Assembly (NCBI RefSeq): GCF_009914755.1
Contig: NC_060947.1
Direction: 5' to 3' (one strand)
DNA from: the human T2T-CHM13v2.0 reference genome, Homo sapiens
Length of the DNA: 64,000 bases
Notes under the pieces: generated by a model
The model's database searches: none
Told to the model about the DNA's origin: nothing
Seen by the model: only the letters and a program-made list of their open reading frames with translations
In this document: positions 39,003 through 60,752 of the stretch, one piece after another
Layout: each line of letters starts with the position of its first letter
Numbering within the stretch: position 1 is the stretch's first letter
Program-made: the position numbers and the translations under genes

Positions 39003-41835
39003 TGCAAGTTTGATTTTAAACATGCTAAATTTGAGGTGCTTTTAGGACATCCATGTGAGGGCATCTGGGAGGCAGCTGACAATCTGGAGGTCTGGAGAGT
39101 AGTCAGGGTTGAAGACATCAACAGAGGTGATGGCTGAAATCTTGGGAGGAGGTAAGGGCAATCAAGACAAGAAGGAGGACTGAAAAAAGAGAATAATATC
39201 ACATCACACTAGGAAATGCTTACATTTTAAAAGAATGCATGGAGGAAGAGAAAACCAAATAAGACAGAGAAGGCAGAGAGGTAGGTAGTGAAACTGGAGC
39301 CTCCAGATCCTAAGTGCTTGAAAGTGATGATGCCCTTATGCAACACTTCCTTTGCACCCTGGCACACTTCAGCTCAAGGGACCTGGCAAGTGTATACTAG
39401 ATTTCTGTTGATTCAGCTAATCTTGGTTCCTGTTCTATTTTCGTACTCCATGACTTTCAAGGTTTCTTTCAACCCCCAAAACCACGAATCCCAGTCTCTA
39501 ACTTCCTTTCTGCACTGTCATTATGCCCTCTTCTCTCTTCCTTTCCTATCCCTGGACAGAGCTCTGGTAAGCACCACAGCACCTGAGGACTGCTGGAGAA
39601 TGCTCCTCAGATCTCCGCTGCCTTGGAATTCCTTGCCTTCCTGGCCAAATGCGCAATTACTTACAGTTTTTCAGAGGCAATGTTCCCAGAGGTGACTTCA
39701 TTAATTCTTACTAGCTTCTTTGTTCCAATCTAGTATATAATCAGACTCTCAGGAGTTTCTGAAAACTTTCTATGGTGAGCAGAGGATGCTTCCTGGGGGT
39801 ACTTCTGAATGCTAGTGGATTAAAGACAAGCCTTATTCCAGGTAGTAACAGACATTCCTCCCACCCCTTTATCTTCCAGCCCAAGCACAGAATCCAAGAG
39901 AAAATAAACACAGTAAAAGGGACTTAGGGTGCCACAATGGAATATGACAAGTACATGATGAATGAGGAAGAATTTCCGTTCTGTACTTTTCTACTACTGC
40001 TTGGGAATCTGACTACTTTGTAGGCAGCTGGAGAGCCAATGCAGTTTTAGGGAAGCCACTATCATTCTGGTAAGTGGAAGCAGAGGATGTATTAGGAGCA
40101 CATCTAGGATCCCCACCACCGCCACCACTCCCCAAAGCTGTTTTTTGTTGGAGGCAGGAAGTGCATGGCATAGGATAGCATAATCACCAGACTGTACTAC
40201 AGATGAGGAAATGCAAGACCTCCCAGCCATGAGTGATCACTCCAGCATTTCAATATGGCAGGGGAGTGAGGAGTCCAGATAAGATCTGTCTAAATATTCT
40301 TGGTGGACTTTAAGGCATATGGGAATAAATAGGTTCATATTCAATTTCAGGCTCAAGAAGGTTCCAGGGCATTTAGATTAATGATGCATCCTTAATGAGT
40401 CTAGGTGGTGGTCTAATAACTGCCAAAAGAACGAATTCTCCAGGAGGGCAAAAAGCCAAAGCAGTGCAGGGATGCTGTTCAGACTAAGATTTCTCTCTAA
40501 GGAAGAACCTTCAAAGTTCCCTCTGATGCTAAAGCTTGGGATGAAGAGTCATATAAATGGTACCTCACCCAGGAACCCTACTTGAGCAAAAATGTCCCTC
40601 ATTTAAGGGAAACGGAAAGCAACACTGGAAGAAACCAGAGTCTCCAGGCCTTCACTCTTTTTTTGAAGGCACGAAGGCCTGAGATAAAATGGACTAATAG
40701 GTCTAAGCCATCAGTTTATACACATGGAATGGGATTTGTTATGACTGGGACAGCTGAAAGGCCAAGTTAGTCTCAGGTATCTTACTTCAGACCCTGGCAC
40801 AAACAGAACAGCTTCAATGCCTCATTCCTTTCTCTAAAGGTTAGGAGAGTGGAGCCCAGCTGTTCAGTAGGGTGCTAGTAGTAAGGTACCTGAGTTGATG
40901 CTGTACTTGTAGAGCTGGGCTTTGTTCAAACACAAATCTATAAAAATTGTGGCTCTGGCTTGCTTGCAGGCACTGACAGTAGCCAGATTGGAAAACTCCA
41001 TGTCAAAGTGGCTGCAATAGAAAGATATATGAAGCAGCATCCAGAAGGGTGGGCCTAAGAAAAACAGGTAGTAGACACTGCAAGAATAGTAGACACTAAT
41101 TTAAAAAAAAATCCAGTGTGTTGAGACACTGCTAATGCAGCCAGATGGCAGTGAAGGGCAACAGGAAGGTGAGGTGGTGACCAGCACTGAAACCTAACTA
41201 TAACTGCTACACTTTAGATGATGCAAAAAGCCTAGGCCTAAAGATTGGAGACCCGTAGCAGGCTGTAGCTTCTTCTAGGATATACTTCTTATGTCCTATG
41301 ATGAAGGCCTGATTTCTGATTTCTATTTGCTGTGAAGCGGGGCTGGTGAGCAATGTAGTCTGGAAGAATAGGGTGGTCAGCAGGAATTGGGCAAACTGAG
41401 GCAAACAAAAGAATAAAAAAATGGAGCAAGATCCAAGATATATAGAAACTATAAGCTGAAGCAGACAGTCAGGTAAGCATTCAGCAGCCCCAAGTCACTG
41501 GAAAAGATGGAGCAAAAATAGAGTTAAGCTAAAACTCCAAGTTTAGCACAGAGCTAACAGAAGACAAACAGAAGACACCATGTACCAGAAACCCAACCTT
41601 GCGAATGAAGAGAAGGCCTGCCTCAGCCATTTTCCTTGAGTGAAAATCAATGACTAGCTTCCCTGAAAACAGTCAGGCTGCCATCTGTGACTGGGAACAA
41701 ATATCTGAAAGGTCTGCTGCAAAGAAACTTGCCACACAAGGCAGGAAGAGAAGCAGCATCTCTACCTAAGTCCTGGCACAGCCTGATGGTGGGGAGATAT
41801 ACGAGACGGGAAAATGATTCCATTGACACTTTTTA

Positions 41836-42164
<329 letters not shown>

Positions 42165-42579
42165 CTAAAACCATGAGTGACACACATGGTGAAATTAGAA
42201 ATCTTCTAAGGTACTCAGTTAAAACTGGGGTTGTATGTGTGACATAAGATATTCTATTTAACTCTAAAACATAAAAAAAATAAGTTGCCAACTTCATTCT
42301 ACTCATCCGTCTTTTGAAAAGTGTTAAGATTTACTAAAATCATTAAGCAAGCTCAGTGTAAAGGCTTCATAAGTGTAAGTATTTAAGAAAACATTTATGA
42401 TTATAAAAGTTATAAAACCACAGTTGGGCTATTCAATAGCAATACCAGAGATACACACATTTCTCAGAAGAAAATATTAGCCTAAAATCATGAACTAAAA
42501 TGAGCCTACGAATTGACAAACATGCCTCACTTACTGATATAATGCTACTGTTCTCATTTCGTTTTTTTCTCTTCCTGTT

Positions 42580-43520
<941 letters not shown>

Positions 43521-43562
43521 GTTATTAACAAGTTTGGGGAGTTAGGAATAAAAACATTAAGC

Positions 43563-44120
43563 ATTAGCATAATGGAATCAACCTCAGTATCAACGGCTGA
43601 ATGGATAAAGAAAATGCATATATATACAATGGAATACCATTCAGCCTTAAAAAGAAGGAAATCCTGTCATTTATGACAACATGGATTAATCTGAAGGATA
43701 TTATGTTAAGTGAAATAAGCCAGGTACACAAAGACAAATACCACATAATCTCACCTACACGTGGCATCTAAAAAAAAAGTCAAACTTACAGAAACAGAGT
43801 AAAATGGTGGTTACCAGAGGCTGGAGGGATTGAGAAGAAGTTGGTCAAAGCATCAACACAAAATTTCAGTCACACAGGAGGAATACGTTCAAAAGATGTA
43901 TTATACATCATGGTGACTACAGTTAATTACAATATATTGTACACCTGAAAATTGCTAACAGAGTAGATTTTAAGTGTTCTCAATACAAAAAAATAAGTAT
44001 GTGAGGTAATGGGTATTTTAAATAGCTTGATTTAGCCATTCCACAATGTATACATACATCAAAACATCATGTTGAACACCATAAATATATATAATTTTTA
44101 CTTGTCAATTAAAAACATAA
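43563..44120 (+). mobile_element. L1MA 3' end
   Basis: gaatggataaagaaaatg...gagtagattttaagtgttctc...cttgtcaattaaaa. Confidence 0.8.
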
Positions 44121-44682
44121 ATTGCAAAAGAACATATAATGGTGATGATTGCATAGCACTGTGAATGAAATTAGTGTCGCTGAACTGTATGTACTTGATG
44201 CTACTTAAAAATGGTTAAAATGGCAAATTTTATATTATACATATTTTACCACAACAAAAAAATATATGAATGGGGAAAAGAGTTAGTGTATTTTGCAATT
44301 ATGCACCCTTTGTATATATTCAATATATTTTTGGCATTCAGATAATTCACTTTGTATAAGATTAAAATACATCAATTAAAAGCCTTTACCTGAGTTTCCA
44401 TTTCAAAGATTAACCATACAACAGAAATTCTAAAGTCAAAAGTTCAAACAGCTAACATATGCAAAGTATTCAAGGCATAATGCCTAAAAGCATTTTAAGG
44501 TTACACAGCCTCACAACTGTATTACCATTACTCCCTGAAGATCTTATTCAACTATCATGCAACAAGAACATTTAAAAACCCAGGTTGTTTCTTAAAATTA
44601 AATGAGAAACCAATTTATCTAATGAACATAGATAATCTAGGAGTTTAAAAGTCACTAAACATTTTTAAATCATTTTAATTCA

Positions 44683-44865
<183 letters not shown>

Positions 44866-44924
44866 TTAAATGCTAAAACTACACCTTCCAAGTCTACTTT
44901 ATTAGTAAACAGATGAGTGGGTGG

Positions 44925-45260
44925 TTGGGTGCAGTAGCTCACGCCTGTAATCCCAGCACTTTGGGAGACTGAGGCAGAACTCCTCAAGCTGATCGCTTGA
45001 GGTCAGGAGTTCGAGACCAGCCTGGCCAACATGGTGAAACCCCGTCTCTACTAAAAATACAAAAATTAGCCAGGCGTGGTGGCAGGCGCCTGTAATCCCA
45101 GCTACTCAGGAGGCTAAGGCAGGAGAATTGCTTGAACCTGGGAGGCGGACGTTGCAGCGAGTCACTGTTCTCTATGCTTGAAAAGTACAAAAGAGTGCCA
45201 CTGCGCTCCAGCCTGGGTGACAGAGTGAGACCCTGTCTCAAACAAAACAAAACAAAAAAA
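44925..45260 (+). mobile_element. AluS carrying two non-consensus insertions
   Basis: Alu dimer with foreign sequence at ~44977-44990 and ~45162-45195. Confidence 0.88.
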
Positions 45261-47429
45261 CAGATGAAAAACTGTCTGGTACTTGGAGCTGTCCTGGATT
45301 CTAGGCCTTATAGATGTTAAAACAGAAAGAGTCAATGATGGTGAGAAAGTAGGTTTCTCTCAAGCTGGCTTCCTAGCTCATTTTATATATCAATATATAT
45401 ATTTTTAATTTTTATTCTTAGCTGGGCATGGTGGCTCATGCCTGTAGTCCCAGCTACTCAGGAGGCTGAGGTGGGAGATAGCTTGAGTCTTGGAGGTAGA
45501 GGCTGCAGTAAGCTGTGATTGTGACACCACACTCCAGTCTGGGTGACAGAGCGAGACCCTGTCTCAAAAAAACAAAACAAAACTACATCAAACCAAATTT
45601 TTAAAACTGTTAAGTTAAAAGAATTTGAGGGCGGGCACAGTGGCTCACACCTAAATCCCAGCACTTTGGGAGACTGAGGTGGGAGGACTGCTTGAGGCCA
45701 GGAGTTCAAGACCAGCCTGGGCAACAGAGTGAGACCCTGTCTCTACAAAAAATAAAAAAAGAAAAGAATTTGAAATTAATTATTGAAATTCATCATGCTA
45801 ACAAAATAAAATGTTCAGAACCTCTAATGAACTAAAATTATTCTTCTGATTCATAGTGAAATGTATCAAACCCCAATGAGGGGGAAAGATATTAAGTATC
45901 AATATCTATTTAAGAATCAAAAACTCTTTTAACTTTATTCCTGTTAATACCTTCAAACAAATCTTTCTTTACCACAAAAGATCCATTACTTAAAAAGAAC
46001 ACTTCCTAGGCTGCATATACTGTCCAGCATTACATTAGACATAAGAGGACAACGAATATTTGTGTGTTTCCCATGTGGTTGATAAGAGAAATGGTCCCTT
46101 GTTAATCTACTGCTGGAGGTGGAAGAGGAAAACAGTCCTCAGTTTTGTCAGTCGTGAACCAATCCTCTCCAAATCTTCCCAAACAATTCTCCAAGTCTCC
46201 CTCCCTCACTCCCCCATATCACACACTGCTTGTGTCTGCCTGCATTTCCAAGCATCCTCCTAGAATAATCTAAAACAGATGGGAGCAGTGGTGCAAAGGT
46301 TCATAGATGGAGTCTATCTCTGCCCTGATAAATCTTAAAAACTTAGCTACTTGCCAACTTACTGGAAGAAGCTGCATTAAGCTCTTGACTATGAAAAGGA
46401 TTTCTCCCCCAAAATCATTCAATTAAATTCTCCTATAGAAAATAAACATGAAGCCATATGAAGAAAAACCCTGGGCTGAACGAAACTTTTAACAAGACCA
46501 GTTCAGCATAACTTGAATATTGGAAGATCTAATTCCAAGAAGTAGAGAGAGATATGGTAGAGAAGGAAAGACTTTGGTGACCCAGCGTCCTCTCTCAGGC
46601 ATAGTAAACTATAAAACTGTTCTGAACTTATTTAACAAAATTCATACCTAACATTATATGCAAGGTACAAAGACTAAACAGATCCACCTCTTTTCCTTTA
46701 GGGGCTGACAATTAGTAGAGATGCTGCGTCTGAGCACTGGAGACATAGCTACTCCTGATTTTGCCAATAGGAGTCTACCAAGATCCAGGAAAAAGGCTCT
46801 CCACGCTTGAAAAGCACAAAAGAGCATTTAGTTTGAATGGCACAAGCAGGAAGTCTTATTCTTCCATTTGCCTTACCACTCAAGAGCTAAGAACTCAACC
46901 AGTGTTCATTTATCAGGCAGGTACAAGGGTCAGAATGAAAGCTATGAATTCTATACCTTTAAAATAGCAGCCAGTGCATACTAAATTTATTCCCAAATGT
47001 GTGTTCTTTTTTTTAATAAAATGAGAATTTTACTCAGAAGATTGATATATAAACTTTATTATCTGCAAATTTGTTCTCATCTTCTCAATTTTCTCAAGTA
47101 AAAAGGAAAAGACAACCTAGTTACATGTAAATGTTTCATCACAAAGTTACATGGGAAGAGTTTTGTCTTTAAATCAAATTCTTTCTTTGCTTTTCATAAA
47201 AAACATCCCTGAGTCACATTCCAACTACTACATGACCGGGGTCCAATCAAATGGGATGAAACTAATAGTGGCCCCTTTTAGAATGTTTCAGGGAAAGAGT
47301 TTACTATTTGTAAATGATTAAGGCTGAAAACAGAAGCTAAAATTACAAAAGCAAACAAAAGCACATTTCGTTTATAGAAAGTTAGGATCTGAATAAATAT
47401 TTATACATCTTTACAGATACGAGTCAAGA

Positions 47430-47769
<340 letters not shown>

Positions 47770-48669
47770 TAAACAATAATAACTCCTAAATAAACTATTA
47801 TAAGGTTGAATACACTATTAACCTCTAAAGAAGTCAATAAAATTGTTTACAAACACTACAATGGCTGCATTAAATAACAACCCTCTTTAAACACTATTTG
47901 TTTCCTCTTTGATAATAAAGTTCAGATTAACCAGCAACTAAAGCAATGCCAGGAGGAAAAGAGATTGAGTCTTAGACAGGTAGGGTGTTGCTGGAGCTGC
48001 TGTTGCTTTTTAACAAGAAGACAGTTATGAAGTTGTGAAAGGGAAGAACTGGCTGTAGCAAGACCCATAACATCAAAAATATTAAGCTACTAATTTAGTG
48101 AAAGCCGAAATGTATGCTAGACAGAACTATGGCTTTAAAAGTATGTCCTAATATATAGACATCTAAATAGAACAAGTACAATGTTTAGGTTCTGTAATAA
48201 TTGTCAAAGACTTGCCCACAGAAATAGATTTTATTCTTTTTGAAATTTAGTGTTTGGTTGACTTAAGTTCCATCCTCAGAGTACTTAATAACAGGAAACA
48301 GATCATGAGCCATATTGGGAAAACAAATGCGCAAATGATGTATTACAACGGAATAGTTAACAAAACTAAGCAGATTCTTCTTTTCACAATTATTTCAGAA
48401 GTGGATATGTCAGACATAATGAAGCACATAATTTTACAAAAAAAATTTATGCCAGGCCTATTTTTCAATTATTTTCTTAAGGCTACAGAAAATTTCAGGT
48501 AAAACAGAATTATAATGAGACACTAATGTTAAGACTATCTGCACAAACTTGATACATCAGAGCTAATCTTGAGACTGATGTGTTCCATTTCTACATGTCC
48601 TCTAAGGTTATTACTATGTCGCTTTGAACTAGTCCAATTCATGTAAAAAGTAAATTTTAGCAAAATATT

Positions 48670-48980
48670 TCCTTTTTTTTTCTTCTTTTGGGACAGGGTC
48701 TCTTCACTGTGTCGCCCAGGCTTGAGGGCCGTGGCACAATCTTGGCTCACTGCAACCTCTGCCTCCCAGGCTGAAGCGATCTTCCCACCTCAGCCTCCTG
48801 AGTAGCTGGGACTACAGTACAGGTGCACGCCACCATGCCCAGCTAATTTTTGTATTTTTTGTAGAGACGGGGTTTTGCCATGTTGCCCAGGCTCTTCTCG
48901 AACTCCTGACCTCAAGTGATCCACCCGTCTCAGCAACCCAAAGTGTTAGGATTACAGGCGTGAGCTACAGTACCCAGCCA
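48670..48980 (-). mobile_element. Alu SINE
   Basis: Reverse Alu dimer. Confidence 0.9.
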
Positions 48981-49759
48981 AAAGATTTCCTTTTCTTAGG
49001 AAGGATTATTTCTGCCCACTATTTTACTACAAAGAATTGTACACTTCTAAGCATTCATGTAATATTATATAACTTTAAATGATTGGTCAAGAGGTAAAGT
49101 TATTACATATATCTTGAAAACATTTTTCTATGAATTTATGTTAAAGTATCTTCCCTTAAGGAAAAAAGGTAACAGAAAATAAATCTTATGATGCTGTTAG
49201 AAAAATACTATAATCAACTATATCTGACCAATGAGAACAACATGTAGGAAGCACTTAAATCTGAAAGCCCATCTATGTTGTCTGTAAGTTATGCAGACAT
49301 CACATTTTCAGTTGATGTGATGCCCCATTACTCAAGAGATCAAAAGATGGTATAAAACATGTATATATTCTACGGCCGTAATTATTTTTAAAAACTTCGT
49401 GTCACACATGTAATTTTAGGTACATAAACCATTGGCTAAAAATGTAATCTATTCAATGCCTACAAATTATGTTACTCTCATTGAATAAAATCTTTCGACA
49501 TCTATAAATTCTGACTCTCAAGAAGCCAATATTAATAGATCACTCAATTAACCTTCTAGTCCATAATTTTAGATAGTTTCTACTACTTTTCTGTTCATAC
49601 TAACTTCCTCCTAATGAGCTAACTACTCTAACAAGCCTGCCTGCCACTTTTACACAAAAAGCTCACATTCTTTCCTTTATTTAGGGGAGGGAGACAATAT
49701 GAGTGAAAAATATTAATAAAGTATCTATTACAGGCAAGAAACTGTCAAAATTGATTTTA

Positions 49760-50185
<426 letters not shown>

Positions 50186-50622
50186 TTAAAAATTATCATT
50201 CATATCAGATATAGATGTACCAATAATTAGAGTGTGATAAAATATGCTTTAACAAAGCTACCTGGACCAGAATCTTCCTGTGATGATCCAGAACGCCTCT
50301 AAGGGTTGTGTGTCCATGGCAGGGTTTTTCAATCTGTGAATCTTGGAGAAAGCTCTACAGCTCTGCACGTGTATCTTAGAGGTAAAGGTGCTGGCTTAAA
50401 GGGAGGGTCTGCAGCCTTGCCTGTCTCCCCACCTAGAGTCACTCCACCTGCATCTGTTTTATGTATTTGTGTTTCCATGTAATATTTGGAAAAGGAATCT
50501 ACTGGTAAAAAAAAAAAAATTGAAAATCAAGTCCTAAGGAAAGGGGTCATCAACAAATTGGTTACAGTTAACTATAAATGTCCAGAAATACTAGTTTATA
50601 GCTACCATTTGAAAGCATATTA

Positions 50623-50829
<207 letters not shown>

Positions 50830-52013
50830 TTAACAGACTTTAAAGTTTACTTTAAAAGCTTGTTTTACCATTAGAAAACACATTTTAAATGTACAGGATT
50901 AAGAACACAAAGCAGGGAGCAGGGAGCTTAGCTGTAGAGCACATACACATCTCCTCCTTGACCCATGCTAACTTGACCCTCGACTTTGACTAACATGATC
51001 CATGCTAGTTTGTGAGGAGCCAGGATCATTTACGCCTGTAACAAGTATAAAACATACTCGTGTATAACATAATGGGTGAATCTGAGAAAATGGATGATAC
51101 ATCTAGCATTTATTCAGGCAGCTAGGAGAGAAATAAACCCATTACTATCAGGAGTTGCTGAAGGGTTCCTACTGCCTAAGAAGAATACAAATCCTCAACA
51201 TTGCAGGAGGCAGGTTTTCCTGACTCAGGTAACTGATCTGAGGTGATGCTCTTGCCATGGCTAGAAAAGTACCAGAAATAAAAGAAAGAACTACATTAGT
51301 AAGTCTGTAACTATGAAGAACCTAAATCCTCTGGTGGAGACAGAAAAGATGGGGCCCATTCTCAAGATGGTTTCCTTTTTCTAAAATCAACAGTCTTATC
51401 ACCTTCTATTATTTCCACTTTCTGCAGAGTCTGGCCAGAGGGAGGACTGTACTAGGCAACTGCTGACATGGCTCCCAGTGATCCGACCAATTATTCCTCC
51501 CTTCGAGTGTCGGCAGGGCCTAGGAACTTGCTTCTTGCAAAAAGAATATGGTAAAGGATGAGATTTTACTTGTGAAATTAGGTTACCGACTCTGGCTTCC
51601 ATCTTTCTCGCCATTACTTGCCTGTTCTTATGGAACTAGCTGCCATTTTGTGAGCTGCCCTATAAAAAGGCAAATCTTTAAGACAGAAAGTAGATTAGTG
51701 TTGGTTGGGGGTGGCAAAGGGGAGTAACGAAACAGGCATGAGGGTTCATATTGGGTAATGAAAATATTCTAAAACTGGACTGTGGTGATGGTTGCACACT
51801 TTGGTTAATTTACTAAAAATCATTAAATTGTACACCTAAAATGGGTGAATTTTATGGTATGTGAATTATGCCTTAATAAATATGTTCCAAGAGATCTTAA
51901 GTGTTGTTCCCAAAAAATCTTTTTTGAATTTTTTTCTTTTATTATTATTATATTTTTTTGTAGAGATGAGGTCTAGCCACGTTGCCCAGGCAGGTCTTGA
52001 ACTCCTGGGCTCA

Positions 52014-52118
<105 letters not shown>

Positions 52119-52144
52119 TTAATGAATCCAATAAAATCCTACTA

Positions 52145-52510
<366 letters not shown>

Positions 52511-53288
52511 TTAAAAAGCCCCTTCAGAAACAATTAAAGTAGCACACAAGTGAAATCTCAATGATCTATCACTACTAAAATTACAAATGATAGTCATTAG
52601 GGCTAAACCCCTCATTTTCCAACAAATGTTATTTATCTAAGTTGGAGGTTAGCAATGCGGAAAAACACTCCTTGAACCAGGTTCTCAATCTGGGGTCTAA
52701 GGACAGGCTTTCTGGGGGCTGTAACCCCCTGAAACCATATGTGAAATGTGTGTTTTGAGGAAAGATAATTACTGCTCTAGAACCTTTGGCAGCACTGCCC
52801 CCCTCCCCTTCTTGCTGACAGCTCTTACTGGTGGAAGCACCAATGGCTCATGACCCAGCCCATTCAACAGAGGCAAGGTGTATGACTGGCTCAGGGTCCC
52901 CTCACTGGCAGAGCTGAGGCCTCTGATACTGTAGGACCACAGCAGTGAAGGACAGCCTCCTCTCTCCCGTCATCATGAGGTACTGAGGCCACAAAGGGCT
53001 CTTCTCAGGCAGCCCTATCTGGGAGGGAGGTCCTTCCCTGGGATCTTCCTCTGATCTCCAAAGCCTCATTTCCACAGCCCTTGGGGATTCCTCTCCGTGT
53101 CACATCCTGCATCTCTCTACAATGCTTCTCAGCCCCTTCCTGTGTCTTCTGCAGGCCCACCTTCACTCTTTCCCATGGATTCCCCACTGGCAACAAGATA
53201 ACTTCCACACTCCTCATCGTGACCCCCCAAAGCCCTTTCTGCTCTGGCCCTTGCTACCTCGCTCCAATCTCCCCAACAGGCACACTGA

Positions 53289-53703
<415 letters not shown>

Positions 53704-54259
53704 TAACTTAAAGATTTAGATCCATTTGTACCTCTTCAAGGAAGAGTTTCCTAAACCCTTCTGAGGTGAACTAGGTACTCCCTGCTATGTGCCCATGTAG
53801 CATTTTTAGGTCTTAACACCTATCATTCCGTATTTGTAACTACTGGTGTACCTGTCTGTTTAACGGAACAAGTTGCTATTCCTTCAGAGGAAGCAATGTG
53901 GATGATTCGTTTTGTGGCCCCAGCTCTGATCCCAGAATCTGACATGAAATAGACACTCGGGGTTTTTTAAATGTTAAAAAGGCCTATGCTTTGTCAAAAT
54001 GCTCACGACAGTAGATCAAAAGAGTAAAGTGCAAAGTTGTATATTGAGGATAATTTCAATTATTTAAAATATACACATATGTGCCCAGAAAAAATAAATG
54101 ACAAGAAATGTACTAAATATTAACAGTGGTCATCTCTGACTGGTAAAATTAGGAATGCCTTATATTTTTGATTTTATACTTTATTATATTTTTCCAAATG
54201 ATTACCATTAGTGTGTATGACTACTTCTACAAACAAAGCAATGGATTTTTTAAAATTCT

Positions 54260-55020
54260 CTTTGCAAAGCATATATCTGATGAGGGAGCTGTATCCAGAA
54301 TATATAAAGAACTCCTACACCTCAACAACAAAAATACTTTGATTTTAAAATGGGCAAAGGATTTGAATAGAAATTTCTCCAAAGACATACCAATGGCCAA
54401 TAAGCACATAGAAAGATGCTCAACATCATTAGTCATTAGAGAAATGCAAATCAAAACCACAATGAGACACCACTTTACACTAACTAGGATGGCTATAACC
54501 AAAAAGATGACAATACCAATATGCATAACATCACTATTTACAATAGCCAAAGGGTGAAAGCAATACAAATGTCCACAGAAAAACAGATAAACAAAATGTA
54601 GTACAGCCATACAATGGAATATTATTCAGCCTTAAAAGAGAATGAATTTTTTAAAAAAGGAATGAAATTCTGACACATGATACAACATGAATTGACCCTG
54701 AAAACACTATGCTAAGTGAAATAAGCCAGAGACAAAACGACAAATATTGTCTGATTCTACTTATATCAGATACCCACAATAGGCAAATTCATATAGACAG
54801 AAAGAATAGAGGTTACCAGGGGCTGCAGAGAGGAGAGCATGAGGAGTTACTGTTCAATGGAAACAGACTTTCTGTTTGTGAAGATGAAAAAGTTCTGGAA
54901 GTAGATAGTGGTGGTGATTGTACAACACTGTGAATATACTCAATGTCAATGAATTTTACACTTAAAAATGGTTAAAATGGTAAATTTAGGATATGTATAT
55001 TTTGCCACAATACAAAAATT
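54260..55020 (+). mobile_element. L1MB-like 3' fragment
   Basis: Degenerate ORF2 C-terminus (SRIYKELL...KWAKDLNR...[13 protein letters not shown]) and L1M 3'UTR. Confidence 0.85.
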
Positions 55021-55390
55021 AAATCCTTTGATATTTGATTTTTGACCAGGCAAATGAATGCTCAGATTAAAGAATCTATTTCCCAGCTGCCCTGCAGCTA
55101 GGCATGGCCATGGGACTAAATTTTGGCCAAGTTATCATGTGTAAATTTCAAGAAGTCTTTATTTTTTATTTATTTATTTATTTTTTTTTTTTATTATACT
55201 TTAAGTTTTAGGGTACATGTGCACATTGTGCAGGTTAGTTACATATGTATACATGTGCCATGCTGGTGCGCTGCACCCACTAACTCATCATCTAGCATTA
55301 GGTATATCTCCCAATGCTATCCCTCCCCTAACCCCACCACAGACCCCAGAGTGTGATATTCCCCTTCATGTGTCCATGTGATCTCATTGT

Positions 55391-59245
<3,855 letters not shown>

Positions 59246-59281
59246 TTAGTTGATGCAGTTTCTTCCTAGTCTCGATGGTCT

Positions 59282-60297
59282 TTACATTTTGGCATGATTT
59301 TGCAGCGGCTGGTACCGGTTGTTCCTTTCCATGTTTAGCGCTTCCTTCAGGAGCTCTTTTAGGGCAGGCCTGGTGGTGACAAAATCTCTCAGCATTTGCT
59401 TGTCTGTAAAGGATTTTATTTCTCCTTCACTTATGAAGCTTAGTTTGGCTGGATATGAAATTCTGGGTGGAAAATTCTTTTCTTTAAGAATGTTGAATAT
59501 TGGCCCCCACTCTCTTCTGGTTTGTAGGGTTTCTGCTGAGAGATCCGCTGTTAGTCTGATGGGCTTCCCTTTGTGGGTAACCCGACCTTTCTCTCTGGCT
59601 GCCCTTAACATTTTTTCCTTCATTTCAACTTTGGTGAATCTGACAATTATGTGTCTTGGAGTTGCTCTTCTCGAGGAGTATCTTTGTGGCGTTCTCTGTA
59701 TTTCCTGAATCTGAACATTGGCCTGCCTTGCTAGATTGGGGAAGTTCTCCTGGATAATATCCTGCAGAGTGTTTTCCAACTTGGTTCCATTCTCCGCATC
59801 ACTTTCAGGTACACCAATCAGACGTAGATTTGGTCTTTTCACATAGTCCCATATTTCTTGGAGGCTTTGCTCATTTCTTTTTATTCTTTTTTCTCTAAAC
59901 TTCCCTTCACGCTTCATTTCATTCATTTCATCTTCCATTGCTGATACCCTTTCTTCCAGTTGATCGCATCGGCTCCTGAGGCTTCTGCATTCTTCACGTA
60001 GTTCTCAAGCCTTGGTTTTCAGCTCCATCAGCTCCTTTAAGCAGTTCTCTGTATTGGTTATTCTAGTTATACATCTTCTAATTTTTTTTCAAAGTTTTCA
60101 ATTTCTTTGCCTTTGGTTTGAATGTCCTCCCGTAGCTCAGAGTAATTTGATCGTCTGAAGCCTTCTTCTCTCAGCTCGTCAAAGTCATTCTCCATCCAGC
60201 TTTGTTCCGTTGCTGGTGAGGAACTGCGTTCCTTTGGAGGAGGAGAGGCGCTCTGTGTTTTAGAGTTTCCAGTTTTTCTGTTCTGTTTTTTCCCCAT
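59282..60297 (-). pseudogene. L1 ORF1, frameshifted by a 1-bp deletion near 60074
   Basis: MGKKQNRK... stops after 76 aa (LEDV*); remainder continues in another frame to ...QNHAKM*; span 1016 nt vs 1017 expected. Confidence 0.93.
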
Positions 60298-60752
60298 CTT
60301 TGTGGTTTTATCTACTTTTGGTCTTTGATGATGGTGATGTACAGGTGGGTTTTCGGTGTGGATGTCCTTTCTGTTTGTTAGTTTTCCTTCTAACAGACAG
60401 CACCCTCAGCTGCAGGTCTGTTGGAATACCCTGCCGTGTGAGGTGTCAGTGTGCCCCTGCTGGGGGGTGCCTCTCAGTTAGGCTGCTCGGGGGTCAGGGG
60501 TCAGGGACCCACTTGAGGAGGCAGTCTGCCTGTTCTCAGATCTCCAGCTGCGTGCTGGGAGAACCACTGCTCTCTTCAAAGCTGTCAGACAGGGACATTT
60601 AAGTCTGCAGAGGTTACTGCTGTCTTTTTGTTTGTCTGTGCCCTGCCCCCAGAGGTGGAGCCTACAGAGGCAGGCAGGCCTCCTTGAGCTGTGGTGGGCT
60701 CCACCCAGTTCGAGCTTCCTGGCTGCTTTGTTTACCTAAGCAAGCCTGGGCA

